Shown: positions 19,161 through 27,846 of the stretch, in pieces
Layout of the letters: each line of letters begins with the position of its first letter
How positions within the stretch are numbered: position 1 is the first letter of the stretch
Assembly: GCA_020353155.1 (NCBI GenBank)
Contig: CP070689.1
Coordinates: forward strand, 1,038,302-1,102,301
DNA: 64,000 bases
Direction: 5' to 3'
Origin: Deltaproteobacteria bacterium
Lineage (GTDB): Bacteria > Desulfobacterota > Syntrophobacteria > BM002
The notes under the pieces: model-generated
Database searches by the model: none
Seen by the model: only the letters and a program-made list of their open reading frames with translations
Told to the model about the DNA's origin: nothing
Translations under genes and position numbers: made by a program

Positions 19161-19580
19161 TTATTCCACGAGTTCTGCTTTGCCGCTCAACCACATGAAG
19201 TAGGTAAAGATCTCGACGTCCTGGAAGTGGGATTTGACCAGAGCTCGTGCAGCTTTGAGATCTTCTCTATGGGTGGCGAGTTCCTCTTCGCTGTCGGCGA
19301 CATCCTCCAAACCGTAGGCCCCGCAGTCCTCGTGATTGATGAGGTAGAACTGGCGCACCCCATGGAGATCATAAGCGACATTTAACATTTCCAACAAAAA
19401 GTCACGGTCTCTTCTATCTTGCGGCTGGGCAAGACTCTTTATTGCTCCGGCAACGCGGATGATATCTGCCCCAGCCCCAACAAGTTCTTGTTCAGCAAGG
19501 AAGTTGGCCAGTGAATCATGGAGACGAAAATCCATACAATAGACCAGACATGCTTTACATCCGTGTGCTGCCATAACCAT
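19161..19580 (-). CDS. small beta-carbonic-anhydrase-like protein (Cys/His/Cys motif)
   Basis: 139 aa. CMDFR and HEDCGAYG resemble the beta-CA zinc motifs C-x-D-x-R and H-x-x-C-G. Confidence 0.4.
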   Translation of the reverse strand: MVMAAHGCKACLVYCMDFRLHDSLANFLAEQELVGAGADIIRVAGAIKSLAQPQDRRDRDFLLEMLNVAYDLHGVRQFYLINHEDCGAYGLEDVADSEEELATHREDLKAARALVKSHFQDVEIFTYFMWLSGKAELVE

Positions 19581-19807
19581 TAGTCCTTTCGTTGGCCAAT
19601 GTGGTTAGCGATATTTTTTCCAGAGAGACTACTATAAGGAGACGAGTGCCAAAGCTGATACTTGTCAACCGAGGTCCGAGGAAGTTTACCTCAGGTTAAT
19701 GCAATCGTGCAATTAGATTTCGACCTTATATTTGATCAGAGAAAAACTGATCCTCGGAACCAAGTCAAGTTTCAATGGTTTTGCAGGTAAATATGACGTA
19801 GTGTTTA

Positions 19808-19920
19808 GGAGTCCTGGAGTAATGAGGAAGGTTTCAGTGTTCAGGTCTATCATTTCTGAGACCTGACACCTGAAATCTACATTCTGGAATCTAAAATCGC
19901 TGCACTCCATTACTCCAGAT
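19808..19920. repeat. nested word-array palindrome
   Basis: Outer arms CTGGAGTAATG / CATTACTCCAG. Inner arms AAGGTTTCAGTGTTCAGGTC / GACCTGACACCTGAAATCT. Confidence 0.7.
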
Positions 19921-20090
19921 TAATTCCGCATAAGGGAAAGACCTTAGAACCTACCGCAATAGTCGACTCAAAGTTTACTCTTTGGCTCCTGGATTCTCTA
20001 CTTAATGGTTGAATATTTTCTCAAATGGGGTAAAAGAAACAGTTGACTTGGAGCGGGATTTTATTTGCACATGATAAGGAGTGACTCATA

Positions 20091-21056
20091 ATGCGCATAC
20101 TTTCAGGTATTCAGCCTTCAGGGAGCCTGCACATAGGCAACTATTTCGGCATGATGAAACCCATGATTGCTTATCAAGAGGAAAACGAGCTCTATTGCTT
20201 CATTGTAAACTATCACGCCATGACTTCGGTTATAGACGGAGAGCAACTTGCTTCGGGGACAATGGAGGCGGCACTCGACTTCCTCGCCCTCGGCCTGGAT
20301 CCTGACAGGGCAATCTTTTGGGTACAGTCAGATGTGCCGGAGGTGACGGAATTGACCTGGATCCTCAACAATGTAACCCCCGTTGGCCTCCTACTCAGGA
20401 GCCATTCCTACAAAGATAAGATCGCTCAGGGGATATCGCCAAATCATGGTCTTCTTTCTTACCCGGTGCTTATGGCCGCAGATATTCTTCTCTACCGGTC
20501 AGAAAAGGTTCCGGTGGGGCAAGATCAGCAACAGCACTTGGAGATTGCCCGAGACATCGCCATCAAGTTTAACCATTTGTTCGGGGAGACCTTCGTAATT
20601 CCCGAGGCGGAGATCAATCCCAATATACCCACGGTTCTGGGGCTAGACGGCAGGAAGATGAGTAAATCATACGACAATACCATTGAAATCTTCGCCGAAG
20701 AGGAAATCCTTCGTGGAAAAATCGGTGCCATAGTCACCGATTCCACTCCTGTAGCAGATCCCAAAGACCCTGACAAATGTAACCTCTACGCTATTGCATC
20801 TTTGTTTCTAACTGAGGGGGAAAAGGCTGAGCTGGCGGACCGCTATCGTCGTGGCGGGCTAAGATACAGTGATGTCAAGAAAGAACTCTTCAATTTGATT
20901 TGGGATTTTTTTGGGGAGGCCCGTGACAGGCGTGAGAGATTGCAGCGGAATCCTAGCCAGATTCGCGACATTTTGAAGGCCGGTGCTGAGAAGGCCAGGG
21001 CCAAGGCCCTTCCAACCCTGGAGATGGTGAGAAAAAAGGTAGGATTGGCTTACTAA
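20091..21056 (+). CDS. trpS: tryptophan--tRNA ligase
   Basis: 321 aa. GIQPSGSLHIGNYFG (HIGH region) and KMSKS present. Length is typical. Confidence 0.9.
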   Translation: MRILSGIQPSGSLHIGNYFGMMKPMIAYQEENELYCFIVNYHAMTSVIDGEQLASGTMEAALDFLALGLDPDRAIFWVQSDVPEVTELTWILNNVTPVGLLLRSHSYKDKIAQGISPNHGLLSYPVLMAADILLYRSEKVPVGQDQQQHLEIARDIAIKFNHLFGETFVIPEAEINPNIPTVLGLDGRKMSKSYDNTIEIFAEEEILRGKIGAIVTDSTPVADPKDPDKCNLYAIASLFLTEGEKAELADRYRRGGLRYSDVKKELFNLIWDFFGEARDRRERLQRNPSQIRDILKAGAEKARAKALPTLEMVRKKVGLAY

Positions 21057-21077
21057 AAATAAAGTCTTTAACCATCA

Positions 21078-21839
21078 TCACTCATCTTCAAGTTGCTTTA
21101 TATCCTCTACCACTCGTGTTGTGTGCCAATCAATCTGACGGCAGATACCACGAATTATCTTCACATCCCTAGCTTGAAGCCCCACCCTGGAAAAGAAACG
21201 TCGGATGTTTTGCATCCAGTAGTCCGGGTTTTCCGTATTGATAAAATTGACCTTGAGGAAGGTCTCCTTTAGATGTTCATACATACCGTCAAGCTCCCGT
21301 CGGGTTGCCAGCCGGGGGACGAACTGCTCAAGCGGTTGATTTGCTGCTAGCCTGAGTTCATAGCAAAGGATCATAACTGCCTGTGCCAGATTCAGCGATG
21401 AAAAACTTGAAGTTGGAATCGTAACCAAGCTGTGACAATAATGGAGTTGAGCGTTGGTGAGTCCCCGATCCTCAGGGCCGAATAGCAAGGCAACTCTGTT
21501 GTTGTGACAAATTGGTACCACCTCTGCTGCCATTTCCCTTGGGGTTTTTAACTGCCTCCTCTGACCGCCCGTACGGGCCGTGGTGCCAACCACATAATTG
21601 AAAGGTTGCAGCGCGGTGGGTAGATCTTCAAATAGCTCCATATTTTCCACCAGATCAGCTACGGCAAGGGTGGCCATTTTAAGGATCCGGGTAAGGTCAC
21701 AATTTTTGGGTGAAACCAGGATAAGCTGGGAGATTCCCATGTTAGCGGCTGCCCGCGCTGCAGCTCCTATGTTTTCGGAGATTTGCGGACGATGCAACAC
21801 AATGGCTATGTGGTCGAGGTAAGATGCGGACTCTTTCAT
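21078..21839 (-). CDS. trmJ: SpoU-class tRNA 2'-O-methyltransferase (TrmJ-like)
   Basis: IAIVLHRPQISENIGAAARAAANMGISQLILVSP N-terminus plus a C-terminal extension, as in TrmJ/LasT. Confidence 0.75.
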   Translation of the reverse strand: MKESASYLDHIAIVLHRPQISENIGAAARAAANMGISQLILVSPKNCDLTRILKMATLAVADLVENMELFEDLPTALQPFNYVVGTTARTGGQRRQLKTPREMAAEVVPICHNNRVALLFGPEDRGLTNAQLHYCHSLVTIPTSSFSSLNLAQAVMILCYELRLAANQPLEQFVPRLATRRELDGMYEHLKETFLKVNFINTENPDYWMQNIRRFFSRVGLQARDVKIIRGICRQIDWHTTRVVEDIKQLEDE

Positions 21840-21993
21840 GGACGCCTCACTGCAGGTAAGCTGTGGTAGGGGGTATTATACCTCAGTATCGTCTCTGTTT
21901 TAAAGCCATGAGCCCAGATGGTTGCAGATCCAGAGGCTCTGGCCTTCCATGGACAGAAGAGAGCTGGCAGCTGACAGCAGACTGCCAGGGAAA

Positions 21994-22172
21994 CTAGGCA
22001 CTAAGCACTAGGCACCAAATTATTGAAGAATTCAGGAGTCAGCATCCAGAATTCAGGAGGCAAGAACATGAAGATCGTTTTTCCATTCTAGCTACTGGCT
22101 CCTAACTCCTGTCTCCTTGAGCCCTAACGATTTCAACGATTTGAACGGCTTGAACGATTTTAACGATTTGAG
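21994..22172. repeat. word arrays (CTAGGCAC, GAATTCAGGAG, AACGATTT types)
   Basis: CTAGGCACTAAGCACTAGGCACC; GAATTCAGGAGTCAGCATCCAGAATTCAGGAGG; AACGATTTCAACGATTTGAACGGCTTGAACGATTTTAACGATTTGAG. Confidence 0.75.
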
Positions 22173-22178
22173 ACCTTG

Positions 22179-22208
22179 TTGACAGGGATCAGGCCTCTTT
22201 ACTAGAAT
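22179..22208 (+). promoter_or_regulatory. sigma70-like promoter candidate
   Basis: TTGACA, then 18 nt, then TAGAAT, about 90 nt upstream of the 22300 start. Confidence 0.3.
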
Positions 22209-22299
22209 AGGATCGATTCATCAGCGCTGAAGAATAATTTACCTTATCTCGCCTCGCTCGTAGACTGCCCTCAAAGACACGAAAGGTTGCGCTGATAAC

Positions 22300-23829
22300 A
22301 TGGCTCTCCGAATTCTAATTGTTGTCACCCTGGCCGGCTCGTTTCTGTTGTGTACAAGCGCCAATATTTCCGACGCGGCCGCCATGGAGGGTAATACTAT
22401 GGAGTTGGAACAAATCCGTGAGTCGGTGATTGCCGGATCCTGGTATCCGGGGAATGCTTCTCGTCTGCAGCTGGAAGTCCAAGCCTATCTCAGCCAAGCT
22501 TCGGTTGCGGATTTCAAAGGACAACTGATTGCGCTCATATCACCCCATGCTGGTTACCGCTATTCTGGACAGGTTGCTGCCTATGCTTACAAGGTCCTGG
22601 AAACACTAAAATTCGATACTGTAGTGGTAATTGCTCCGAGCCATAGGGCTTACTTTAAAGGTGTATCCGTGTATGACCGAGGAGGCTACCGCACGCCACT
22701 TGGAGTAGTGCCACTAGACAGGCAGTTGGTGGCTGAACTCAAGGAACGTGAAAGTCGAATTAGCTATGTTCCCAAGGCCCATAGCCAGGAACATTCCCTT
22801 GAGATCCAGCTTCCCTTTATTCAGGTTGTTATGCCTGAAGGCAAACTTGTTCCTCTCGTCATGGGGGATCAGAGTTTTGACACCTGTCAGTGGTTAGCCC
22901 AAGCGCTGGCGCACTGCATTAGGGATAAGTCGGCAGTAGTGGTAGCAAGTTCTGATCTGTCCCATTTCCATCCGTACAAAGAGGCAAAAAGACTGGATCA
23001 GGTGGTGATTGACAGGGTGAATGAATTTGATCCGCGGGGGTTGAGCGATGATCTGGCCGGGGGCAAATGCGAGGCCTGCGGGGGCGGTCCTATGGTTACT
23101 GCCATGTTGCTTGCCCGCGAATTAGGGGCAAATAAGAGCCGCGTGCTGCACTACGCTAACTCTGGCGATGTTACTGGTGATCATAGCGGCGTGGTGGGTT
23201 ACATGGCCGCTGCTTTGTGGACGAACCCTAAAAAACCCAGAGGGCAACACCAGGGAGATCAAAGGCTTGGGGTGGATTTGGGGCTCACCTCAGAGGAGAA
23301 AGTGCAACTGCTAAAGATTGCTAGAGATGTTGTGGAGGCCTGCTGCCGGGGCGGGAAGCCCCCTAAGCCTGAAGTTGTTTCTCCCACCTTGAATGAGCCA
23401 AGGGGTGCATTCGTCACCCTCCACAAGGATGGAAAACTCAGGGGGTGCATAGGTCACATTCGGGCGCAAAAACCTTTGGTTGAGACTGTTGTCGAGATGG
23501 CGGAGGCCGCTGCCTTTCAGGATCCCCGTTTTCCCCCCGTAACTTCAAAGGAGTTAGGTCAGCTGGAGTATGAGATTTCTGTTCTCACCCCACTTAGACG
23601 AATCAAAAATGTGGAAGAAATACAAGTTGGAATACATGGAATTTACATGAAACGTGGCGCCTCGAGTGGACTGCTGTTGCCGCAAGTGGCAACTGAATGG
23701 GGCTGGGACCGCGTCACTTTTTTGGAACACACCTGCACCAAGGCTGGGTTACCGGAGGATGCCTGGAAGGACAAAAAAACAGAGATATATATCTTTTCTG
23801 CTGATGTATTCTCGCCAGACGACTTATAA
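22300..23829 (+). CDS. AmmeMemoRadiSam system fusion: Memo-like (protein B) + AMMECR1 (protein A)
   Basis: N-terminal half GSWYPG...ISPHAGYRYSG...VVIAPSH (Memo). C-terminal half RGAFVTLHKDGKLRGCIGHI...GLLLPQVA (AMMECR1). The N-terminus MALRILIVVTLAGSFLLCTSA looks like a signal peptide. Confidence 0.85.
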   Translation: MALRILIVVTLAGSFLLCTSANISDAAAMEGNTMELEQIRESVIAGSWYPGNASRLQLEVQAYLSQASVADFKGQLIALISPHAGYRYSGQVAAYAYKVLETLKFDTVVVIAPSHRAYFKGVSVYDRGGYRTPLGVVPLDRQLVAELKERESRISYVPKAHSQEHSLEIQLPFIQVVMPEGKLVPLVMGDQSFDTCQWLAQALAHCIRDKSAVVVASSDLSHFHPYKEAKRLDQVVIDRVNEFDPRGLSDDLAGGKCEACGGGPMVTAMLLARELGANKSRVLHYANSGDVTGDHSGVVGYMAAALWTNPKKPRGQHQGDQRLGVDLGLTSEEKVQLLKIARDVVEACCRGGKPPKPEVVSPTLNEPRGAFVTLHKDGKLRGCIGHIRAQKPLVETVVEMAEAAAFQDPRFPPVTSKELGQLEYEISVLTPLRRIKNVEEIQVGIHGIYMKRGASSGLLLPQVATEWGWDRVTFLEHTCTKAGLPEDAWKDKKTEIYIFSADVFSPDDL

Positions 23830-23830
23830 G

Positions 23831-23990
23831 CAGAGGTCAGACGACCGAGGACAGACGACAGAAGTCAGAAGTCGGAGATCAGAGGTCAGACGATTCAAGT
23901 TCCAAGTTCAAAGTTAAGAGCTAAGAATGCAAGAATTCCGCAGCTTACCGGCTACCGTTTACCGTTTACGATATAATCGATTTCAACGGT
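23831..23990. repeat. word arrays (CAGAGGT, CAAGTTC, ACCGTTT, ATCGATTT types)
   Basis: CAGAGGTCAGACGACCGAGGACAGACGACAGAAGTCAGAAGTCGGAGATCAGAGGTCAGACG; TTCAAGTTCCAAGTTCAAAGTT; ACCGTTTACCGTTTACG. Confidence 0.75.
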
Positions 23991-23999
23991 TTTTAGCAG

Positions 24000-25169
24000 A
24001 TGGAAAAAAGCATTAGCAGGCGAGATTTCCTGAAACGATGCGGCCGTTGTGCCCTGCTGGGTTTGACTCTTGAGTCCCTTGTCTTGACGACGACTGCCTC
24101 CCGTTCGCAGGCCTTGGGTTTGAAGAAAGGTTTCCTGGGCCGCAAGCTTTCCCCTTTTTTCACTCCCCTTGAAGATGGTAGCGTAAGGTGTGAGCTTTGC
24201 CCCCACCTTTGCGAAGTGGAGGTGGGTGAAAGGGGCTATTGTGAAGTTCGGGAAAACATTGGTGGCCGCTACTATTCGCTGGTCTACGGTAACCCCTGTG
24301 CAGTTCATGTGGACCCCATAGAAAAGAAGCCTTTTTATCATGTTCTCCCCACAAGTCGTTCTTTCTCTATTGCCACTGCGGGATGCAATTTCGATTGCAA
24401 GTTTTGTCAAAACTGGGAAATCTCACAGGCTCGGCCGGACGACACCCACAATTACGACCTGCCCCCTGAACAGGCGGTAGAGCTGGCCTTAAGGTACAAA
24501 TGTCAATCCATCGCTTCCACTTATGTGGAGCCCACAATCTTCACCGAATACATGATCGACATTGGTATACTTGCTCAAAAGCAGTCCGTCTTGAAGGTAA
24601 TGCATTCCAACGGATACATCAACCGGGCCCCCCTACAGCAACTGGGTAAATATCTTAACGCTGCTTGCATCGATCTCAAGGGTTTCAGTGAGTCCTACTA
24701 CCGAAATCTTACCGAGGGATCTCTCGAGCCTGTACTGGAGACACTTAAAGGGCTGAAGAGTTTGGGTATTCACACTGAAATTGTCAATTTGGTGATTCCA
24801 GGCAAAAATGATGATATGGAACAGGTGGCTGCCATGTGCAGGTGGATCAAGAAAGAACTAGGGCCAGATGTGCCATTGCACTTCAGCCGTTTTTATCCTC
24901 TCTACAAACTAAAAAGTTTACCACCAACCCCGGTATCTACCCTGGAGCGAGCTCGAGACAAAGCCCTCAAGGAGGGCCTCCATTTTGTCTACATTGGTAA
25001 TGTGCCCGGTCATCCTGGCGAACACACTGAATGTCCCCGATGCAAAACCAGGATTATTCAGCGTTGGGGATACAAGGTCCAGGTGTTGCATCTAAAAAAA
25101 GACCGCTGTGACCGGTGTGGCCAGCCAATACCCGGGATTTGGCAACATCCACTGCTAAATTCCACCTAG
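24000..25169 (+). CDS. AmmeMemoRadiSam system radical SAM enzyme with twin-arginine signal
   Basis: CNFDCKFCQNW (CxxxCxxC). N-terminal SRRDFLK followed by a hydrophobic stretch. C-terminal CPRC...CDRCG. Confidence 0.85.
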   Translation: MEKSISRRDFLKRCGRCALLGLTLESLVLTTTASRSQALGLKKGFLGRKLSPFFTPLEDGSVRCELCPHLCEVEVGERGYCEVRENIGGRYYSLVYGNPCAVHVDPIEKKPFYHVLPTSRSFSIATAGCNFDCKFCQNWEISQARPDDTHNYDLPPEQAVELALRYKCQSIASTYVEPTIFTEYMIDIGILAQKQSVLKVMHSNGYINRAPLQQLGKYLNAACIDLKGFSESYYRNLTEGSLEPVLETLKGLKSLGIHTEIVNLVIPGKNDDMEQVAAMCRWIKKELGPDVPLHFSRFYPLYKLKSLPPTPVSTLERARDKALKEGLHFVYIGNVPGHPGEHTECPRCKTRIIQRWGYKVQVLHLKKDRCDRCGQPIPGIWQHPLLNST

Positions 25170-26143
25170 GCTGTTCCTTGAAAGAATTCGTTGGCCATAA
25201 CAGTTGCAGTGGCCAGTGAATCTGCATTATGAACCAGAGTCCATAAGGTGTGACCAAAGGCATAGTTTTGAGAGAAGTAAAAAGTGAATCGCTTGAGCAA
25301 AGGTAGGGTATATTCAGGTTCCATAGAGTTTTCTAAGATTAAAATAAAACGTTTAAAGGCATCGGCTGGGTCTGGATAGTTGTTGTCGCAAACTCCTGGT
25401 GAGAGTGAATTGGCTATTTGACGGAATAGCCAGGGACTTTTGACCGCAGCGCGGCCAATCATAACTCCGTCGCACCCGGTTAGCTCGAACATTCGATTGG
25501 CGGCCTGAGGTGAATTGACGTCACCGTTTCCGATGACAGGGATATCCAGAAGCTCTTTTATCTTTCCAATATACTCCCAGCGAGCCGGTCTTTTGAGCCT
25601 ATCCTCTTTCAGCCGTGGGTGCAGACAAACCGCATCCACCCCACTGTCCTGAAGCATGAGGCAAAAATCGCGCAGCCCGTTCCAGCTCATTGTCCAACCC
25701 AAACGGATTTTAGCGGTAAGCGGCAGGTTGGTGGCTTTACGGCTACTTCTAACTATCGCCTCTGCTCGTTTTGGTTTTTTCATTAAAGCAATGCCGCCTC
25801 CTCTTTTGGCTATCAAAGCGGTGGTGCATCCCATGTTCAGATCGATGCCGTCTCCGCCGCAGGATTCGATCTTTGCAATGGCAGCCGCTACTTCCTCAGG
25901 GTGGGATACTAGTAACTGGTAAACAATGGGCCGCTCTTGAGGAGTACCCCGCAGCCAGGGTGATGAGTCAGGCGACTCAGAGGGAAGAGCCCGGGCGCTA
26001 AGCATCTCAGTATAGAAGAGACCGCAACCACCAAATTCAGCCACCAACTGGCGCAAAACAGTGTGGGTCAGTCCACTCATGGGGGCCAAAATTAAAGGCG
26101 GATCCACTTTGAGATTTTTGATATAAAGAGGCTTTAGTTTCAT
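25166..26143 (-). CDS. tRNA-dihydrouridine synthase family protein
   Basis: PLILAPMSGLT and a TIM-barrel Dus layout. Start moved to ATG 26143 (MKLKPLY) because the longer track ORF runs into repeat E1. Confidence 0.8.
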   Translation of the reverse strand: MKLKPLYIKNLKVDPPLILAPMSGLTHTVLRQLVAEFGGCGLFYTEMLSARALPSESPDSSPWLRGTPQERPIVYQLLVSHPEEVAAAIAKIESCGGDGIDLNMGCTTALIAKRGGGIALMKKPKRAEAIVRSSRKATNLPLTAKIRLGWTMSWNGLRDFCLMLQDSGVDAVCLHPRLKEDRLKRPARWEYIGKIKELLDIPVIGNGDVNSPQAANRMFELTGCDGVMIGRAAVKSPWLFRQIANSLSPGVCDNNYPDPADAFKRFILILENSMEPEYTLPLLKRFTFYFSQNYAFGHTLWTLVHNADSLATATVMANEFFQGTA

Positions 26144-26203
26144 TGGGTGCCTATGATATTTATCAATGGTGGCCTGCCGCAAGGCGAATAGCGCAAAGCG
26201 TTT

Positions 26204-26300
26204 GGTGAACAGTAAAGGGTGAACGGTAAACTGATTATGCGCTGGGTCCACAACCGCTGACCATTTCCCGTTTACTCTTTTTTTCGCTAGACGCTATGCG
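26204..26300. repeat. ~100-nt dispersed element E, copy 1 (upstream of the Dus-family gene)
   Basis: ~80-85% identical by eye to 54827-54929, including the exact shared run CGTTTACTCTTTTTTTCGCTA. Confidence 0.8.
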
Positions 26301-26333
26301 ATAATAGTTTACGCAGTAACTAACCAAGAGTAA

Positions 26334-26525
26334 ACCCTAATGTTACCTGCCTACACCGCGGAAAACCGCTGCGCTCGCGCGATAGCACGTCATCTGTGGC
26401 TGTACTCGGCTCGGACAGGACGTCACGTACGGTCAAGTACGCATCGACCTGTCCGAGCCTGTGCGCAGCCATATCTGACGTACTCTGGCGCGTTTTTCGT
26501 CGTCATAGGCAGGTAACATTAGGGT
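26334..26525. repeat. MITE-like palindromic element, type B
   Basis: Perfect 20-bp terminal inverted repeats ACCCTAATGTTACCTGCCTA / TAGGCAGGTAACATTAGGGT. Internal stem GGCTCGGACAGG / CCTGTCCGAGCC. GC-rich. Confidence 0.8.
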
Positions 26526-26540
26526 AAGAGTGAGGTGTAT

Positions 26541-27368
26541 ATGTTTTGGCTTGTTTTGCTCCTATTATTCTGGCTAATGGGTGTTGCATTTACTTATTTG
26601 CTTTTCTATTACGAATCGGCAAATGGTCGGCACCTGGAGGTTCTGCGCTCAAGAGGTTCGGTGCCCATTATGATTCTCAGGAGTTTTTTCTGGAGTCTAT
26701 ACAGCCATTTGCTCGTCTTACTGACGGCAACAACTGCTTTACACCGCGATTACTATAGCTTGCCAGTTGGCCCGGCCGATAGAACTCCGATTATCTTTGT
26801 CCATGGACTGTATCACAACCACACGGCCTGGTACCTTTATCTTCGCTGGTTTCGCCGCTGGGGTTGGAGCCATATGAAAGCAATTAAATTAAAGGGGAAA
26901 TTTCGATCGATCAATGAGTTTGCCCGGATTCTGGCGGAGGAAGTCGAAAAAGTAATGGCTGAAACCCAAAGCGAGAAGGTGGATTTGGTCGGTCAGAGTA
27001 TGGGCGGACTTGTGATCAGATCTTATCTGGCGGAAGACTCTGGCCGAGCTAAAATCCGCAGAGTCGTCACCCTTGGTAGCCCTCATAGAGGCTCAAAGCT
27101 AGCAGTTTTCGGCCTGGGTCAAGCAGCAAAGGAAATGGTTCCTGGGAGTGCATTTCTGGAATCACTGAACCAGGGTGTCCAAATTCCACAAGATGGTCGT
27201 TTTTATGCGATCTACACACTTGTGGACAACATGGTTCTGCCCAACGAATCTACCAAGCTTACCTGGGATGGAGTGAAGAACTTGGAGACTCGAATTGTAA
27301 ATCACGTGGGCTTAGCGTATTGCAAACATACGGCACGCTTAGTGAAAGAGTGCCTGGAAGAGGATTAA
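26541..27368 (+). CDS. alpha/beta hydrolase (lipase/esterase-like)
   Basis: IIFVHGLYHNH and the nucleophile elbow GQSMGG. N-terminal TM helix. Start ATG 26541 follows GAGG. Confidence 0.75.
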   Translation: MFWLVLLLLFWLMGVAFTYLLFYYESANGRHLEVLRSRGSVPIMILRSFFWSLYSHLLVLLTATTALHRDYYSLPVGPADRTPIIFVHGLYHNHTAWYLYLRWFRRWGWSHMKAIKLKGKFRSINEFARILAEEVEKVMAETQSEKVDLVGQSMGGLVIRSYLAEDSGRAKIRRVVTLGSPHRGSKLAVFGLGQAAKEMVPGSAFLESLNQGVQIPQDGRFYAIYTLVDNMVLPNESTKLTWDGVKNLETRIVNHVGLAYCKHTARLVKECLEED

Positions 27369-27546
27369 CCCGGATGTTTCATGAATTGTTTACTACGATC
27401 ACGGATATGGGCATCCTTCCGTGCGTCCTCGGGTGTTGGCTCCTGCGACGTACCGTTCAGGTACGCCTCGGGACCAATACCCTGCGGTTGCCCGGTGGCA
27501 CGCCCATCTTCCTGGTCTCGTGACAGCAATCCATGAAACATCCGGG
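27369..27546 (+). repeat. MITE-like GC-rich palindromic element, type A, copy 2
   Basis: TIRs CCCGGATGTTTCATGAATTG / CAATCCATGAAACATCCGGG. Begins at the first base after the hydrolase stop codon. Confidence 0.85.
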
Positions 27547-27564
27547 TTAGGACAGGAGAGGAAA

Positions 27565-27735
27565 ATGGATCGATTCCAGTGCGCCCAGTGCAACGAAAGC
27601 TTTTATTTTGATATGGAATTGGAGGGTATGAAAGCTGAACCAGGTGAGAAGGTGTCTCTAGCCTGTCCTCATTGCGAGCATCAGTGGTCGTATTATAGGC
27701 CGGAAGATGTCGAAAAGGAGGTTACTCTTCACTAA
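27565..27735 (+). CDS. small zinc-ribbon protein (56 aa)
   Basis: MDRFQCAQCNES...CPHCEHQW (two CxxC pairs). AGGAGAGG RBS. The longer track ORF is translated repeat sequence. Confidence 0.55.
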   Translation: MDRFQCAQCNESFYFDMELEGMKAEPGEKVSLACPHCEHQWSYYRPEDVEKEVTLH

Positions 27736-27846
27736 GTGAAATCGGATTAATACGCAATTTAGCGATCTGCGCGCGGTAAGCAGTTCCAGAGAAAAGGTGG
27801 CCTGAAAAAATATCAACAAAGATTTTAGCTGAGCCAATTGCTAGCT

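Noticed and set aside
19581-20090. T-box, attenuator or riboswitch leaders upstream of trpS, and likewise upstream of ade (28039-28413) and the cysK fusion (10013-10239)
   Set aside because: I could not find specifier/T-box, purine-riboswitch or other conserved cores by eye. The trpS upstream region is occupied by word-array palindromes. An Infernal scan would be needed to say more.
26144-26251. 36-codon N-terminal extension of the Dus-family ORF
   Set aside because: The extension runs through dispersed repeat E1 and word arrays. The conserved Dus N-terminus begins at MKLKPLY (ATG 26143).
27320-27593. ORFs 27320..27523 +, 27399..27593 -, and the first 48 codons of 27421..27735
   Set aside because: They are translations of type A repeat copy 2. 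The only credible coding part is the zinc-ribbon ORF starting at ATG 27565 with its own RBS.
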